Part shown: positions 1-13,314 of the stretch, in pieces
How the letters are laid out: each line of letters starts with the position of its first letter
Position numbering within the stretch: position 1 is the stretch's first letter
Source of the DNA: Saprolegnia diclina VS20
Lineage: Eukaryota
Direction of reading: 5' to 3'
Assembly: GCF_000281045.1 (NCBI RefSeq)
Contig: NW_008246136.1
Coordinates: 71,448-135,447, forward strand
DNA: 64,000 nucleotides
Translations under genes and position numbers: made by a program
Notes under the pieces: generated by a model
Databases searched by the model: none
The model's input: only the letters and a program-made list of their open reading frames with translations
Told to the model about the DNA's origin: nothing

Positions 1-942
1 GGCAACCAATTGAGGCTGACGGCATCGAGTCCTCGGTGAACGAAGAAGGGATGCTTGGCTAGCACCCTCCCGAAAACTGATGTTTCGATTACGATCTGGA
101 AACTAAGTGTACCGAGGTCTGGAAATTCGCTGAGTTGGTCAATCGGCGTTCCCCCATAGTACCTCTATCGAGCTCTGTACCTTGTCGAATTGGTTTACCA
201 CAAAGCATTTTCGTTGTTGCAGTGCGTCATTTTCGGTATCATTAGTCCGTATTGGTGGGATGAGGCCCGTTCGTTGTAGTGCGACTATGGTTGGCACAAG
301 CAGATCCCAACGGATTCCAGCGACCCTTGGAATGTGTCACTCGAATGGTTTGCCCAGAAAAGTTATCTAGTATCACGCAACTTGAAGTTGCCTGCGTGTG
401 GCCATATCTGTACAACACCACTATCCGCACGCGCCTCGCAGTACATGGAGCTCCTTCAAAATAGCACAGGCTCTCTCGAGTGCCCTATTGGGCAGAGAGA
501 ATGCAAGTAAGCGACTGGAGGAGGATTGAGACGGGACAAGTTGCGTGAATTCAGACGTATTGCAGATGGCAACCGACGCCACATCCATCATAGTGCACCG
601 AAACGCGCCCAACGTTCGACCGAGATAGCGTGATCTCGCTTTCTGTATGGCGCTTTAAAGTTCCAGATTTTGACTTCTCAGCGCGTGGAATCGTCACGTA
701 ACCACCCGTGAGGTCCATTGACCATCGCCCCACCGAGCTCGACCAGTTGGACGCACCCCGAGTTGGCTTATTTGATATTCCATGCAGTGTCCTGCCAAAG
801 GGAACAGTACCGATCTCGGTGCTCACTCCATTTTTGGGTCGTACAAGCTTGCGGGCATTCTCCTTTTTTGCGACGGTTTTCGCTGAAACGTATTTGTGAT
901 CACAACCACCAAACGACTCTCATAGTGTAATTCGAGGCGATC

Positions 943-3161
943 ATGAACGAGTGCGCGGTCTCGTGCCGCTTCCATGTGAGTTACTGCAGCCACGACAGCG
1001 TCTTCCAGCCCAAGTACACGCGGTGCGTAGCGCCTAAGATTCCTCGTTTCTTATTGTGACCACGTAGGTATCAAAAGGCTGGCAAAGTCAAGGTACTTCC
1101 ATCTCAAACGCGATCATGATGGTTATGGACGGGATCCCTGGCTAGGTGCTTCGGTATTGCCAGCCACTCTTGCGGTGGCGCGGGTTCGAAGTCTTGTTAG
1201 GTGTTTTCCCCACTGCTGTCCGCGGCACGTCTACTACCGGTACTGCGGCACACCGATCACGGTCCATACCGAGATGCCGCACGCGCCCAAGCCCACGACT
1301 GCGTATGTCTCACTGCTGCACTTGGCACCGTCGCTCGAGGCCGAGTGGGCCCTCGGTGACGTCATTGACCCCGTCGACGTCGACCGTCTCACGCGTGACG
1401 CGGGCTCGTCGTGGTATGTCGGTCATCAGAAACTGGAGCAACAAGTATGACGAGACTGTCTTTTGCTCTTGTATCGACACATTGACATGCATAGAACGTT
1501 GTATCTAGTGTCTTCAACCAAGACCTCGCTGCGGGCTGGACGTATGGCTGGACGAGCGGCCGCAGCCAAGCCGTGCGCGACTGCCAGCACCACGTCAAGG
1601 TACGCCCAAGCTGCGGTGGCTGCTACTTCACTGCATTCCCATACGCAGGTGTACATCTTTGACGTCTCTGCGACATCGTGGCGGGTCGTGGCCAAGGTGC
1701 TCTCACCAGGCTTCAAGATCGAAACGTATCGGAATGCGACCAAGGCGACGATGTCAAGCACACTGTCGCTGCCCGCACAAATGGCATCGACGTCGCACCT
1801 GCTTTCACTCTCGTCCAAGAACATGATTGCCCCCGAGTCGCCTCGCCATGTCTCGTCCCGAACCCAACTCATGGCCAACCACTTGGGCATCCTCGTGCTT
1901 TTTCTGCAATTGATGCCCACCGAATGCACGTCTTCGGAATGGTCGAGTCGACTGTTGCAGCACATCACGGGCCGTCCGCCGACTTTGGATGACGCGGGGT
2001 CCTTGTTCGCTACGGTAAATACCTTTTTGTATCGGATTCGAAATTGAACCGCGTCTAGTCGCCGGAAACGGACAATCTGTCTGCGTCGTCGCTGCAGCCG
2101 CTCCGCGCACTCGCCTCGTCGTGGCTCGTTCATCTCTTCCACCCGCATAACATGGGGCAGTACGAAGCCGTCGTCATGGCGCACCGCGACTGCATTTGCG
2201 ACAAGGCCGAGCTCACGGCCGCCTACAATGACTGTGTTCATTTACTCTACCGGATTTCCGAAACGTTTTTCAAGACGGACGCGGCCACGTGCACGGGCGA
2301 TTTTGCAAAGACGATTGCCCACTACTGTCCGTTCCTTGAAGGGGCGCTCGAAGCGCACTTGAAGCGCGAAGGGTACTTCAAATTCCACGCCCTCGTCGCC
2401 CATTTCCGCGAAGTGGCCCTCGTAACACCCCCTTTGTTGATGTTTCCATAATGGGACTCGGGATTAGAGCGCGACGCCACAACATGAGCAAAAGCCTACG
2501 ACGAGCGGGATCTCTGGCGACTGGGTCGTGTGCTTGGCCAAGAGCCATTTGACGCCAGCGCTTGCGCTATCCGTGACTGCTGCCGCCCACTGGGCAACGC
2601 TGCTCTCCGCTTGCCACGTCATTCACTGCGAGCACGAGCTACTGGTACGTATAGAGACCGCATGGATAGAATCGTGACGACATCTTTTGCAGGTGCAGTC
2701 CAAGTGGAAGCTGTACCCGTCGGCGCCGAGCCATTTTATCTTGGACAACCGCCCACGCGTGCTGCGGACGTTTCCGAATGGCGAGTCGACGATGACTGGG
2801 CACGGGTGCACCCTCGGTAGCGACTTTTCGACGAAAGTTTAGTCGTGATTGGTTGCGACTAGATGGCGACTATGTGGGGTACACGTCCAGCGACGCCGTT
2901 CATGTGACGTGTTACCGATACAACGTTGAGGCGAACGAAGGCTACCGCGTCACGTTTTGCCTGCGCGCGCGACACGACGACGCGCTGCTGGTGCAATTGC
3001 AGTCGCAGCGCGTGGTCCTGCCTGCTATCAACGACGTTCTGCTCTACATGACGGCGCGCGACCGAATGGCGCTCTGGAGCGCCACACAAATCGAAGACGT
3101 GATGCACGGTGAGCTCATCTACCAAGATGCGAAAGCGGCGCCGGGGATGGTCGAACTGTAG
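943..3161 (+). CDS. Multi-exon uncharacterised protein, 'RCFPHCCPxH..CG' family, copy 1
   Basis: Spliced start MNECAVSCRFHVSYCSHDSVFQPKYTR|YQKAGKVK|VLR|CFPHCCPRHVYYRYCGTP (introns 1023-1067, 1093-1145, 1154-1200). Later blocks KVLSPGFKIETYR, AYNDCVHLL, LDNRPRVLRTFPNGESTM and DGDYVG are all shared with the paralogue at 4993-7157. The 3' end is approximate. Confidence 0.75.
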
Positions 3162-4992
3162 CCAGCAGTGGCGCTCGACCGTCACTTCGTTGCTTGTCGC
3201 ACACAGCTGAGGTCAAGACGACCATGACCAAATCAATGCCTTCAGATACCGATAGAAATCAATTCCAATGACTCATTCGTTATTCCAGTGGCGCGCGAGC
3301 AGTGTTGGAGAGAGGCCATAATATGGAGCGGTTCTCTGGCGTTCGGGGGGAAATGTGACCACCGCTAACTACGTGTGGACGTGGGTACCAAGCTGCATCT
3401 TCACCACTTGCTGCTGAATACCCAAGCGATTATGCCTCTTCCAATGATGACCGCCCTGCGCCACGACGCCTGGCTTCGTGACCACTCGCCCCGGCTTGCG
3501 CCATCCATACGCCTCGCCTTCAACACGGCTAAGCCTCGCCGCTGCTGCCGTCTAGCACCACACGCTCTGCATCGAAAGTCGACCCCAAAAACAGCTCAAT
3601 GTAAATTATATTAAATTTGTTGGAATGAGTCAATTGGGATATTATTCCTACAGGTTTTCCCGTCTTTTTACACGGTGGCGTTGAGAGGTGGGCGTCTTTG
3701 GCGAGATGCGTGTTTTTTTGTGATTTATTGTGGGAGGTATTCCTTCGAGGATAAGTGAGTAACGACACCCTCTCAGCCAATCCTGAAGGGATTACGGCAC
3801 GACGGTTCTTCCGATTGGGTGCAGAGGCAGGGGTCGGCCAATTGAATTTGCATGCGCGCAGCTGGATTTGAACCCGCGAGCACGACCCCGACCCCAAATT
3901 ATATCTAAAAGACTCACTTCAACAACAACGAACCGGTTGCTGAAATGTGGTTACCGGTATGAGCAAGATCCGTCGCAGTGTCGTTATCAACTGGATCTGC
4001 GCTGCTGGATGCAAAACAACGTAGCATCTTCAACTGTGATCGAATCTAGTACCTCAAGCGGTACAGTAACTTGGTCACCATGTAATTCTCGAGACCAGGC
4101 ACCAAGGCAACTGCGCCGAGGTCGACAGCTCCAACTATGTATTGGATGCTTTCGAGTGACGCCGTACACCTAGTCCTAGTCGATAATAGAACCGCTGTCA
4201 GGTAGAATGTCCTGCATCAGGAGCACGGGTCGATAAATGAGGTGCCGGTTCCCAAATGGCCAAGTAAGTTGCATCGGAGCCAGCACCGACACCAGAGATT
4301 TTGCATATTGTGCTTGTTTCACCACATGGTTAACTGTGATTGCCCAGTTCGGTATACTGAGCTGGTTGAACCTATCAACGTCGTGTAGCCAAGTTACGGT
4401 GTATCGTCTTGTTTCACTTTGCCGTCTCCAGGAGGCTGCCACTTTGGCTGGCACCGGCTTGGGCTTGGAGGACCTAAATTAGGTGCTCTGGGACCGACTT
4501 TTTTTGGAGACGATGCGGAGGCTTCTGATTGGATGTTGGGCCCAAGTGACGATAAGAAATAGTTACTGTGAACCGACCGACCCTCTGGACGCCCAAAAGG
4601 TCTCGATCGCGTTGCCGCTCAGACCAGAGGCGTGATAGTGTAGGACAACATTTCCATTTTCATTTCGATCGACACACAATCTGTCGCTCACGCCGAGCTT
4701 CTAGATTGCGTCGTCTCGGTGATCCTTGGGCGCGCCGTGTCTCTTCTCCATCACTACTGGTGATGGCGAGTCCACCCATTTGCGATAGTTCTATATCTTG
4801 TTCGTCGACGACAGTCCTTGTTTATGTTGAGAGCCCGCTTGCCCACCTCGACGTTCAGTTGGCGGCATTCGCTTTTGAGGGACCAGGGCCAGGGCCCGCT
4901 TCTTTCTCAAGACCGCATAATCAAGTGCTTTTGTATTTAACGCTTGGGGGCCCTACATTTTTCATGTTTTTTTAAGACAAAAGAGCAATTGC

Positions 4993-7157
4993 ATGTCGGC
5001 CGAGGTCGGCCCCGGCGTCGCGTCGAGCGTCTTCCACGTCAACTTTTGCAGCCACGAGACCCTCTTCCAGGACCAGTACACGCGGTAGCATGCTCGTCCT
5101 CGACCACCTGCCTCATGCGCCTCGGCTAGGTACCAGCGAGCGCGCAAGGTCAAGGTACGACGACGCTCGCGGTCGCCATCGGCAGCTCATGTGGGCGCTA
5201 CGTAGGTCATTCGGTACGCACGCCTCTCGGCAAGGCATGGCTGTAGCGCACAATGCTCTAGGTGCTTTCCGCACTGCTGTCCATGCCACGTCGCCAACCG
5301 GTACTGCGGCATGCCCCTGCAGCTGCTCACGACGCTGGCGCCGACGTCAACACTGAGAGCGTATGCATCACTGCTCAAGATTGCTCCTGTCGACCACGAG
5401 AACTGGGCGCTGGGCGAAATGGTGCCGCCCCAAAATGGCCGCGAAGGCGACGACAGCGATGGCGCCACGTGGTACCCTGGCGAGCAAGAAGTCCTCGACA
5501 ACGTACCGTAGCCAGGCTCTTCCTGACGATCATCTTGGATGCACGCTTGGATAGAATGTACTCGGGAGCTCGTTCAACCATAGCTTGGTCGATGGCTGGA
5601 CATACGGCTGGAAGAGTGGCCGTAGCCAAAGCATCCGAGACCGCCTCCACGCCGCCACGGTACCGTCTCGATGGCTACCCACTACCTCTCTCTGGCTCAC
5701 GCCTCGTGCAGGGTTTCTTGTTTGAAGTCGTCGCGTTAGCCAGCGGCAGCTTGGCTTGGCATCTCATCGCCAAAGTCACGTCGCCCGGCTTCACGGTGGC
5801 CACGTACCGCAACCGCGGTGGTGGCGTGCTATCCATGGCAGCTTCGTTGCCGTCGTTGTCGTCCTTGCCGGCGCCGATTCGGACGATGGCCAACGACCTC
5901 GGACTTCTGAGCTACTTTCTGGCGTCGGTCGAGCCGTCGAACTTAGCGGCCGAGGTTGCGCTAGTTGGCCACCTCGTCGGCGACATGTCGTCCCCGCCTG
6001 CTCCGTTCAACTGCGTGGCCCGCTTGAACGACACGCCGGTGCGAGCCTTTGACGTCCATTTGTATCAAGCACAGTGCGCTCACCCGTAGGTCTCGGACGA
6101 GCACGCGTTGACAGCCGCACTGCTCGCGCACTTGCTCGAGCCGAAGCAGGTGGCGCAGCTCCGCGCCTTTGTCCAAACGCACAACGTCTGTGTGCTCGCC
6201 AAGGCGACGCTGCGTGACGCGTACAACGACTGCGTCCTGCTGTTGCACAACCTCGCAAATGATTACTTGGTGCGCGCGTTTGAAACGACGCTGTCGCTTC
6301 TCGCGTCGCTCGTGCGCCAAAGACACCCGGCACTAGAGCTGGCCGTGCAGGCGCGAATCGACGTCGAAGGTCGGTTCGGGTACCGCTCGGTTGTCGCCCT
6401 CTTCCGTGAAGTCTCCTTGGTGCGCGTGCTCCAGTGTCTGAGACATGTAATACTCATTCGGTGTAGTGTGCGATCCACCACCCGGTTGCGCCTACAAGTG
6501 CGACGGCATCGGCGCTCTCGGGCGAGTGGGTTTTTGACGCGGACGCCTCTAGTATGGACCTTGCGTCAGGGGCGACGTGTTCGCTATGGGACGCTACGCG
6601 CTGGGCGACTTGGCTCTACGGCTGCCGCTTGGACCATCGCGGGCGCACATTGCATGTACGAGAGACTAAGCGCGGAGGGATGCACAACGATTTGTATACA
6701 TTCAGGTGGCCTCCAACTGGCAATTGTATGCAAGCGAGTCGGTCTTTCTGCTGGACAACACGCCGCGCCTTCTGCGCACGTTCCCAAACGGAGAGTCCAC
6801 GATGGGTGGGACAGGCGTGGTCCTCGGTGCGTGATATATTCCGCGGATTTCTGATCTTGATAATTTGATATTGTAGACGGCGATTACGTCGGCCACGTCA
6901 CGAGCGCCGGTGGCATTTACCTCGAGTGCTACCGGTACCACTTGCTCGCCGCGTGCAGCTCCCGTCTCGAACTGCAGCTCAGCGTGCACCACGGCACCCT
7001 CTCGTGCAGCTTCAAGTGGTACTGCATCGACGGCCGCCTCGACCCGTCGCTCGTCGTCGCTGCCGCCGCCGAACGACGCGCACTTGTTTGGGCGTCGACG
7101 TCGGCGCCGGTCGTGGGCTGTGGGCACGCCGCGTTTGTGCGACGTTCCGTGGACTGA
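4993..7157 (+). CDS. Multi-exon uncharacterised protein, 'RCFPHCCPxH..CG' family, copy 2 (tandem paralogue)
   Basis: MSAEVGPGVASSVFHVNFCSHETLFQDQYTR|YQRARKVK|VIR|CFPHCCPCHVANRYCGMP, then KVTSPGFTVATYR, AYNDCVLLL, LDNTPRLLRTFPNGESTM and DGDYVG. The 5' intron positions are the same as in copy 1. Confidence 0.78.
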
Positions 7158-9379
7158 GACGATAAGATGTCGGTTATAGCTATCTCTCAACAAGCACCGC
7201 AGTCTCGATCGTGGTTCATCCGAATGATAACGGGACATGTCGCAAAATTCGCTGACGACTAGCTACTACGGTACACATGTGGGTCTGAGCTCCTTCGGCC
7301 ACCTTGGACATTGCACAAAGCGTGTCACTGTTGCCATGTGTCGCGCCTCCCGATGACACATCATTCTTCCTTGCACATGCCTGCAGTACCTTCGACGCTA
7401 GGATATACCTCGGCGGGGCGACAAGGTTGCTCAAATGCCTGCAGACCGAGACTTGATGACATCGGGGTACGGTGATGCCTTTGCGCTCGCGATACTGCGT
7501 CACGGCGTCTCTCGCAGCTACATCAGCCGTCGTGACAAGGGTACGACCATCCATATTTTTCAGGTGCCTATCATCGGAGGTTCGTCTCGCCCGCTGGATT
7601 TGGAGTTGACGTCACTGCATTTCATGATCCGCAAAACTGATCGGCAGTGGACCCGTGCCTGTCGCCAAGCGTCGCCACGACAACAAGGTACATATACGCG
7701 CGGTCATCTTCATCGGCCGCCATCGGCAATGTCAACCCCGACGCACGACTGGAGACGTCAACCCAAGACGATATTGCATCAAGTCGAGGTAAGTACACGC
7801 TGTTGCCTTCACATACACGCCCTCATAGTCGCATATCGCGTGAGCCGACCGAGTCCAGTGCTGTTCTGGAAGATGCGATAACATTTGCAGCAAGATTGGG
7901 ACGATACCGCCGACACGAGCCCTTATACCTTCGTCTCTTGGTCATGTTCGCTCGCACTATGACACCACGGTACGCAGCTTCACGATATAACCATGGGTCA
8001 ATAAAATATTGACCCATGATATAACGAAAGCGTGTCGAGCCGCAGGTAGGTTTGTTCTAGGACAAAACCGAATTCACCCGACACACCACAACGAGCAAGG
8101 GTGGTACTTAGCTCCCACAGGACGGCCACAAGGAGCGTCCACACACGATCTGGTAGAGAACCTCCCAACAACTAGGGTCGCGATCCCAGACTTTTCAATC
8201 CGAGCGTTAGTCGTCCGAAGACGGGCTTTGTCGTGGGGACTCGCTCTACATCTCAGCGGTAGGCAACATGCAGTTGACAACGCCGCTCTCTACACCATCA
8301 TCCCAAGCCGTGACCAGACGCAATGCGTTCAAGAATGCGAGTTTTTGCATGCTGTTTCGCACTGTGCGAGTGCGCTTCCAAGGCCACACTAGTCTACGTT
8401 CCGCCATCAAACCCACCACGCCAGCGACAACGCTCGCTCGATTGCGCAGGTCCAAGTGTTTGATAAAACCCAGGTTGCGCAAGGCCATATGATATCCATC
8501 GATGCTTCCAGAGCTCCTTTGGCGCCACCCAAGACGAGGTGCGCGGTGAGCAAGTTCCTCCGAAAAAATTCATTACTCTGTGCAAGCTGCATTGATGCGC
8601 AACTTGCCAGCGACGAGTTGAGTCGAAGACGCCAGCAAGGTATTCACTCATCTGACATCTGCCATTGCAATTCGCCCTGTCTCGGTTGAGATGAGTGTCG
8701 ACATCAATTCCGCTTCTTCTTGGGTCGTCACGAGAACGCACCATGCCGGTGAAACCAGCGGAAACACAGGCTCTTGATTTCGGATTTTTCGAGTGCTACG
8801 GCTGCCCAGGGTCAACCGTGAGTCGTGTCTGTCGAAGCGGCCCGTGCAGCACAGATCCATCTGCTCAAACCTAGTCAAGCAGCCTTAGGCACCGTGGACC
8901 TTTCTTGGGAGCCCAACTGGACGATATATCACCTCGACGACCGCATACAAAACTCAAGTCGGCGGACAGTTCGATGTCTTCGTAGCCGGCAATGTCCATC
9001 ATCGGACCGCAGCATGATCAACCTCATTTATGGTATCGTTGGCTATCGCCGCGGTAAATCATTCAGTGAATTCGTAAACCCATTGGTTAAAACCACTCTT
9101 CACAGCACACAGCAAGAACGAGTAGCGACCACGTACGAGCGACGGTATAGTGATGTTGCCACGCATTTGGCTGTCACTGTCTCGCTGTGCAAATGACGCT
9201 CTTGTCAACGCGTTTGCTACCGTGACATCGACGTTTTACGGTCCACACACCAACAGACAATGTCATTTCATCTCATGTTCACGGATGCAAATTTTCATTT
9301 CGTTGGCGTCTTTAAATCTTCAAGTCACAGATTCTCCACATTGTCGAGTCACACTTATCGGGAGGTTCACCGCACTGTC

Positions 9380-12300
9380 TCATTCTGTCGTCACCGCCTG
9401 CGTCACAGCGATCGTGTGCGACGCGCCGGCGGCCACTTGCAGCACGCGGACCGTCTCTTCCGCGGCAGCGAGAACGCGAGGCTCTTCGAGTATTGTGGCG
9501 TGTGTCCCACTGCCCATCAGATCACACTGCCTGTGGACGTTACTCCCCCAGCCCTAGGGCAGCAGGTTTCAAGAGCCCTTGAAGCGACCAGCTGCGTACC
9601 CAGATGCTGCCGTCCGCCAAGGTCCACACAATATGGTTGGCGCCGCACGCCATCGTTCGCACCACCGCTGGCACGTCGAGGGGCGTGAGCCAGTGCTGTA
9701 CATTAGGCATATCTGGGCACACTAGGCCCGCCAGCAGAACATGCCCCGACTTGAGCAGCACGCACGTATACGCAGCACCGCCACCCACGTCGACGGGCTT
9801 TGCCCCGGGCGGTAGCACAACCTACTCGCAGGCTTTGAGTACGGTTTGCCTGTCGAGCCGCAAGGAGTACGCGTAATGGCGACGGAACATCCATTTCGGA
9901 TCCAATGCCGAGCCGACCGTCGCTGCCGCAGCCCCATGCAAAGAGCGTCCCATCCTACGCACATTGAGACGACGCGTGGGAGAAGACGAGGAAGCAAGTG
10001 TACGCGAGAAAGGACCATCGAGTGGTGAGCGCCAGCCGCGATGCGCAGCGCAGCTCCGGGTTCTCTCGTTTCGGCCGAGACTGAAGAAGCACCGTTCGAC
10101 GCCTCTTTCAAGCTCGCGCTCGCCGAGACGGCTGTTGCCAAGGTGCTTTGGGTCGACCACGCGCTCTCTACGGGGCTTGGACGCTACGCATATTCGTTCA
10201 ACCGATGCAAAGGACACAGAACGTACGGAGGCTGCGTCGTTCCCGATTGTGGTTTCGCGCCCGAGCTGGAAGAAGCGGTTGCAGCCCCACGAAAAGACCG
10301 CGCCTTGTGACGACATGGCCAGCGAGTGGGCATCACCGCACGCGACAGCGCTGATGTAGGCGCCTTGTAGTCCATCTAACAAAGCTCAGCCGTCGTCGTT
10401 GATGTAGTTGTATGCAGGGACAAGCTCACCTTCGATGCGACGTGGGGTGATGCTCATGGGTACTGTCGCGCTTGGCAGACCGAGTTGCCCGACTGCGTTC
10501 GTACCTACATGTATGTATACGTGAGAATAATGGTAGGCAAATGAGAGAGACCCCAGGCAAAGACGTGGCCGTTGATGTCGCACGCCAGCATGTGAAAGGA
10601 TCCGCAGGCCACCTCCGCGATATAAGAATGATAAGGACTAGGATAAAGTCGCAAAATGGCGTTCCACCTGCAACACTTTGGTGACGCCGACGACGCGCTG
10701 CGGCATCTCGACGTGGTTGATTGCTTGTGGGTACCCGAGCCGCCCTCCGTACGCGTCTCCCCACGTTGCGACCGCACCAGAATCTAGTCGTTTATGAAGT
10801 CGTAGCAGACAAAGACTATGGAATGTACTACCTGAAACGGAGGCAAAACACCGATGGCCGACCGCTACATGGTACACACAGCCCTCGACTGGTATCGGGT
10901 CGATGCGACCCGAGACGTGCAGTACAGACGGCGTGTCCTCGGTCGTTCTCATTGAGCGATCGCCCTCTGGCTGCGCTGCGAGTGCCGTCAGTGACAACTC
11001 GTTGTGACTCGTCGTCATCGTGCTTGTCAGAAGCCATTCAAGGGCAACTTGAAAGTTGGCCATCGTGAAACTATATATCAGAGTATCAAGCAAAGGGTGC
11101 AATAAATAAGGTACCCAATGGCCGAGACCGTCGCCGGCACAAAGTGATACTGCTCCATGTACTGCAGCATGGCCGCAAATGGGAAGCGGCCGTCAGATGT
11201 GATGCCCGCACGCACCAGAATGTAGATGAGCTGGTCCAAGACATCGTCCGTGCTCAAGTGAAACTCGCCTATCGCTCTATCTTGATACATTGATACAAAA
11301 GCAACCTGCGCACCGAGCGGCCACTTGTGCCGAATGAGACGCGCATGAATCGCGTCTTGCACCGACTGGAGCACGCGCTTGAGCTGAAGGAGCATACCCA
11401 GTGGCGTCGTCTGGTTGTATGCAGACAAGAGTAACGCGATGGCTTCCTTGTGTTGACACTAGAGATATGTTCATTTATATCAGCAATTTTAAAAGAAATT
11501 AGTACCTGGTACTCCCGTCGAATCTTAAACGTTGATGGCGTCGCGTTGCGCAACGCAAACCACGCGGCCTCGAGCTTGGCTTGGTCGGCGACGCAGCTAC
11601 ATGCATGCGCTGGTGTAGCAGTCTGCGCAAATCAACCAGATACGTACGTTGCTTCCAGTCGGTGGAGCACCTTTGCATGCACTTGCTCGAGCAAGTACGA
11701 CTCGACCGCTTGGTCCAGCTGCAGCGAGCGCTGGTGCGTGCGCGGTCCGAGGTCGAGCGTGCCGTTCTCCAATAGCAGCGCGGTGCTCTGCTGCCATACG
11801 CGGCCAAGGTTTTCCGGACCAAACGCCGGATCTACCGACGCAATGGCAAGTCGATACATTGATACAAAAGTCGTACGGGACGGCGGCAGGCGCTGCACTT
11901 GGTGGACAAAGTAGTCGAGCGATGCAAAGACCGACTCGGACTCGGGATAGGCGCGCATGAGCGCAATGTACCGGCGAAAGGTCTTGACGTCCATTTCGCC
12001 CATCTCGTCCGGAACGGCGACGCCGCCTTCGAGCGGCCGGTTGATGTGCACGAGGCTCACCTGCCTCGCTCGATTGCACTGCGTTCTTATCGGGAGACAC
12101 ACAAGTACCTGCAACGAGCGGTGCGGCCACTCTTCCGTCATGAGAATGCGAACGACGCGGGCGTCATGAAAGCCCGCTTTGGTGTGGATGTGGGCGCCGA
12201 CGACCGCAATCTGCTTGCCTAGCCGCCCGTCATGAGCCAAGGCCATGCGATTCAATGGTACCGTTGAGGCTGCGGTACTGGCCGACCTGCGCGTCTGGGA

Positions 12301-12481
12301 GCAGAAAGTGCGTCTGCAGCTGCGTTCGCGAGATCGCCGCCGTTAGCAGCGAGAGACTTTGCGGTATGCACATGAGGCACTTGAGGCCATCGGCGCTGGC
12401 CGCCGTCTGCCGCATGCAATCGTCGACGAGCGCGTCGCAGTGGGCAGCAAAGGCCGCCAAGAACGGATGCGCCGAGCTCAT
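9380..12481 (-). CDS. VPS9-domain Rab GEF with VARP/ANKRD27-like N-terminus and C-terminal RCC1 repeats (multi-exon)
   Basis: VPS9 motifs: LSTDDVLDQLIYILVRA, LQYMEQYHF, FTMANFQVALEWL. RCC1 repeats: VACGSFHMLACDINGHVFAWG, VACGDAHSLAMSSQGAVFSWGCNRFFQLG, IAAGAHHS, MACGANHI, GWGSNVHRQC...VAAGASHTIAV. Stop codon at 9380-9382. Confidence 0.85.
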
Positions 12482-13314
12482 GCCAGCGGATCGCGGTGCA
12501 ACCTGTGAAAGTGTATCGCGTCTGTCTTTATGAAACATCAATATAATACATACACAAGAAAAGGAATTTATTTAAAATAAAAGAATCGATTGTGACGGGT
12601 GTTGAGTAAAAAGCAAGCGTTAAAAACGTTAAATAAGAGCGAACAAGACGCACCCGTTGGGATCAGGTGCGGAACCGGCTGGTGCGGTCGCCAGCGGTAA
12701 AGATTCCGCACATTGCCGAAGGACCTTTTGTTCTCGAGCTTTTCGCGCGTGGATTTCATGATAGGTTTTCGCAGACGCAGAGTCTTCTACTGAACTAGAG
12801 CTCTAGTGTACTAGATAGCGCTGCCTCGAAATACATTGAGCTAGAGCGGTATATCACGTCCCTAGAGTTTGCATACAAGGTGATAACTTCTTGGAGAAAG
12901 CTTATGAAATGGGTGCACGGTCGGTGTTGAACCAGACCCCGGACCAGCTTTCCACGCACGCCAGCGCACAATAGCTACTAGAATACCGTTCATTTTCGCT
13001 GGTCGTCGCCACCGCACCAGACGCTAGCGATGCGATAATTTGAGGGCTTGAGCGAGAAAATTGCGTCGCCGAGAAGCAAATTCGATCGAAGATATGTCGC
13101 GGCGCATGTTCGTTTGTCCCGGTTTATCCCAGTATGTGCGCCCAGTGCCCCGTTTAGCATACAAAGACCAAGTCGGGCAAAACGCTCTCTGGTCTTTGTC
13201 CCAACATGTCGCAGATGACACCGGCGCAACTTCAACCAGGTCCGGTTTCGCTTCTGTTTGGTCACTTTGCCTTTTGGCTGCCACAACACACTCGCCTTCC
13301 AGCAAACGAAAACG

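Noticed and set aside
1..900. Lower-GC stretch with short ORFs, possible transposon remnant
   Set aside because: No recognisable transposase, RT or integrase motif and no terminal repeats by eye; needs a repeat-library search.
3250..4900. Short ORFs between the paralogue pair
   Set aside because: No motifs and no consistent exon chain.
7200..9300. 2-kb region of fragmentary ORFs, possibly a decayed element or pseudogene
   Set aside because: Frequent stops in all frames and no assignable motif.
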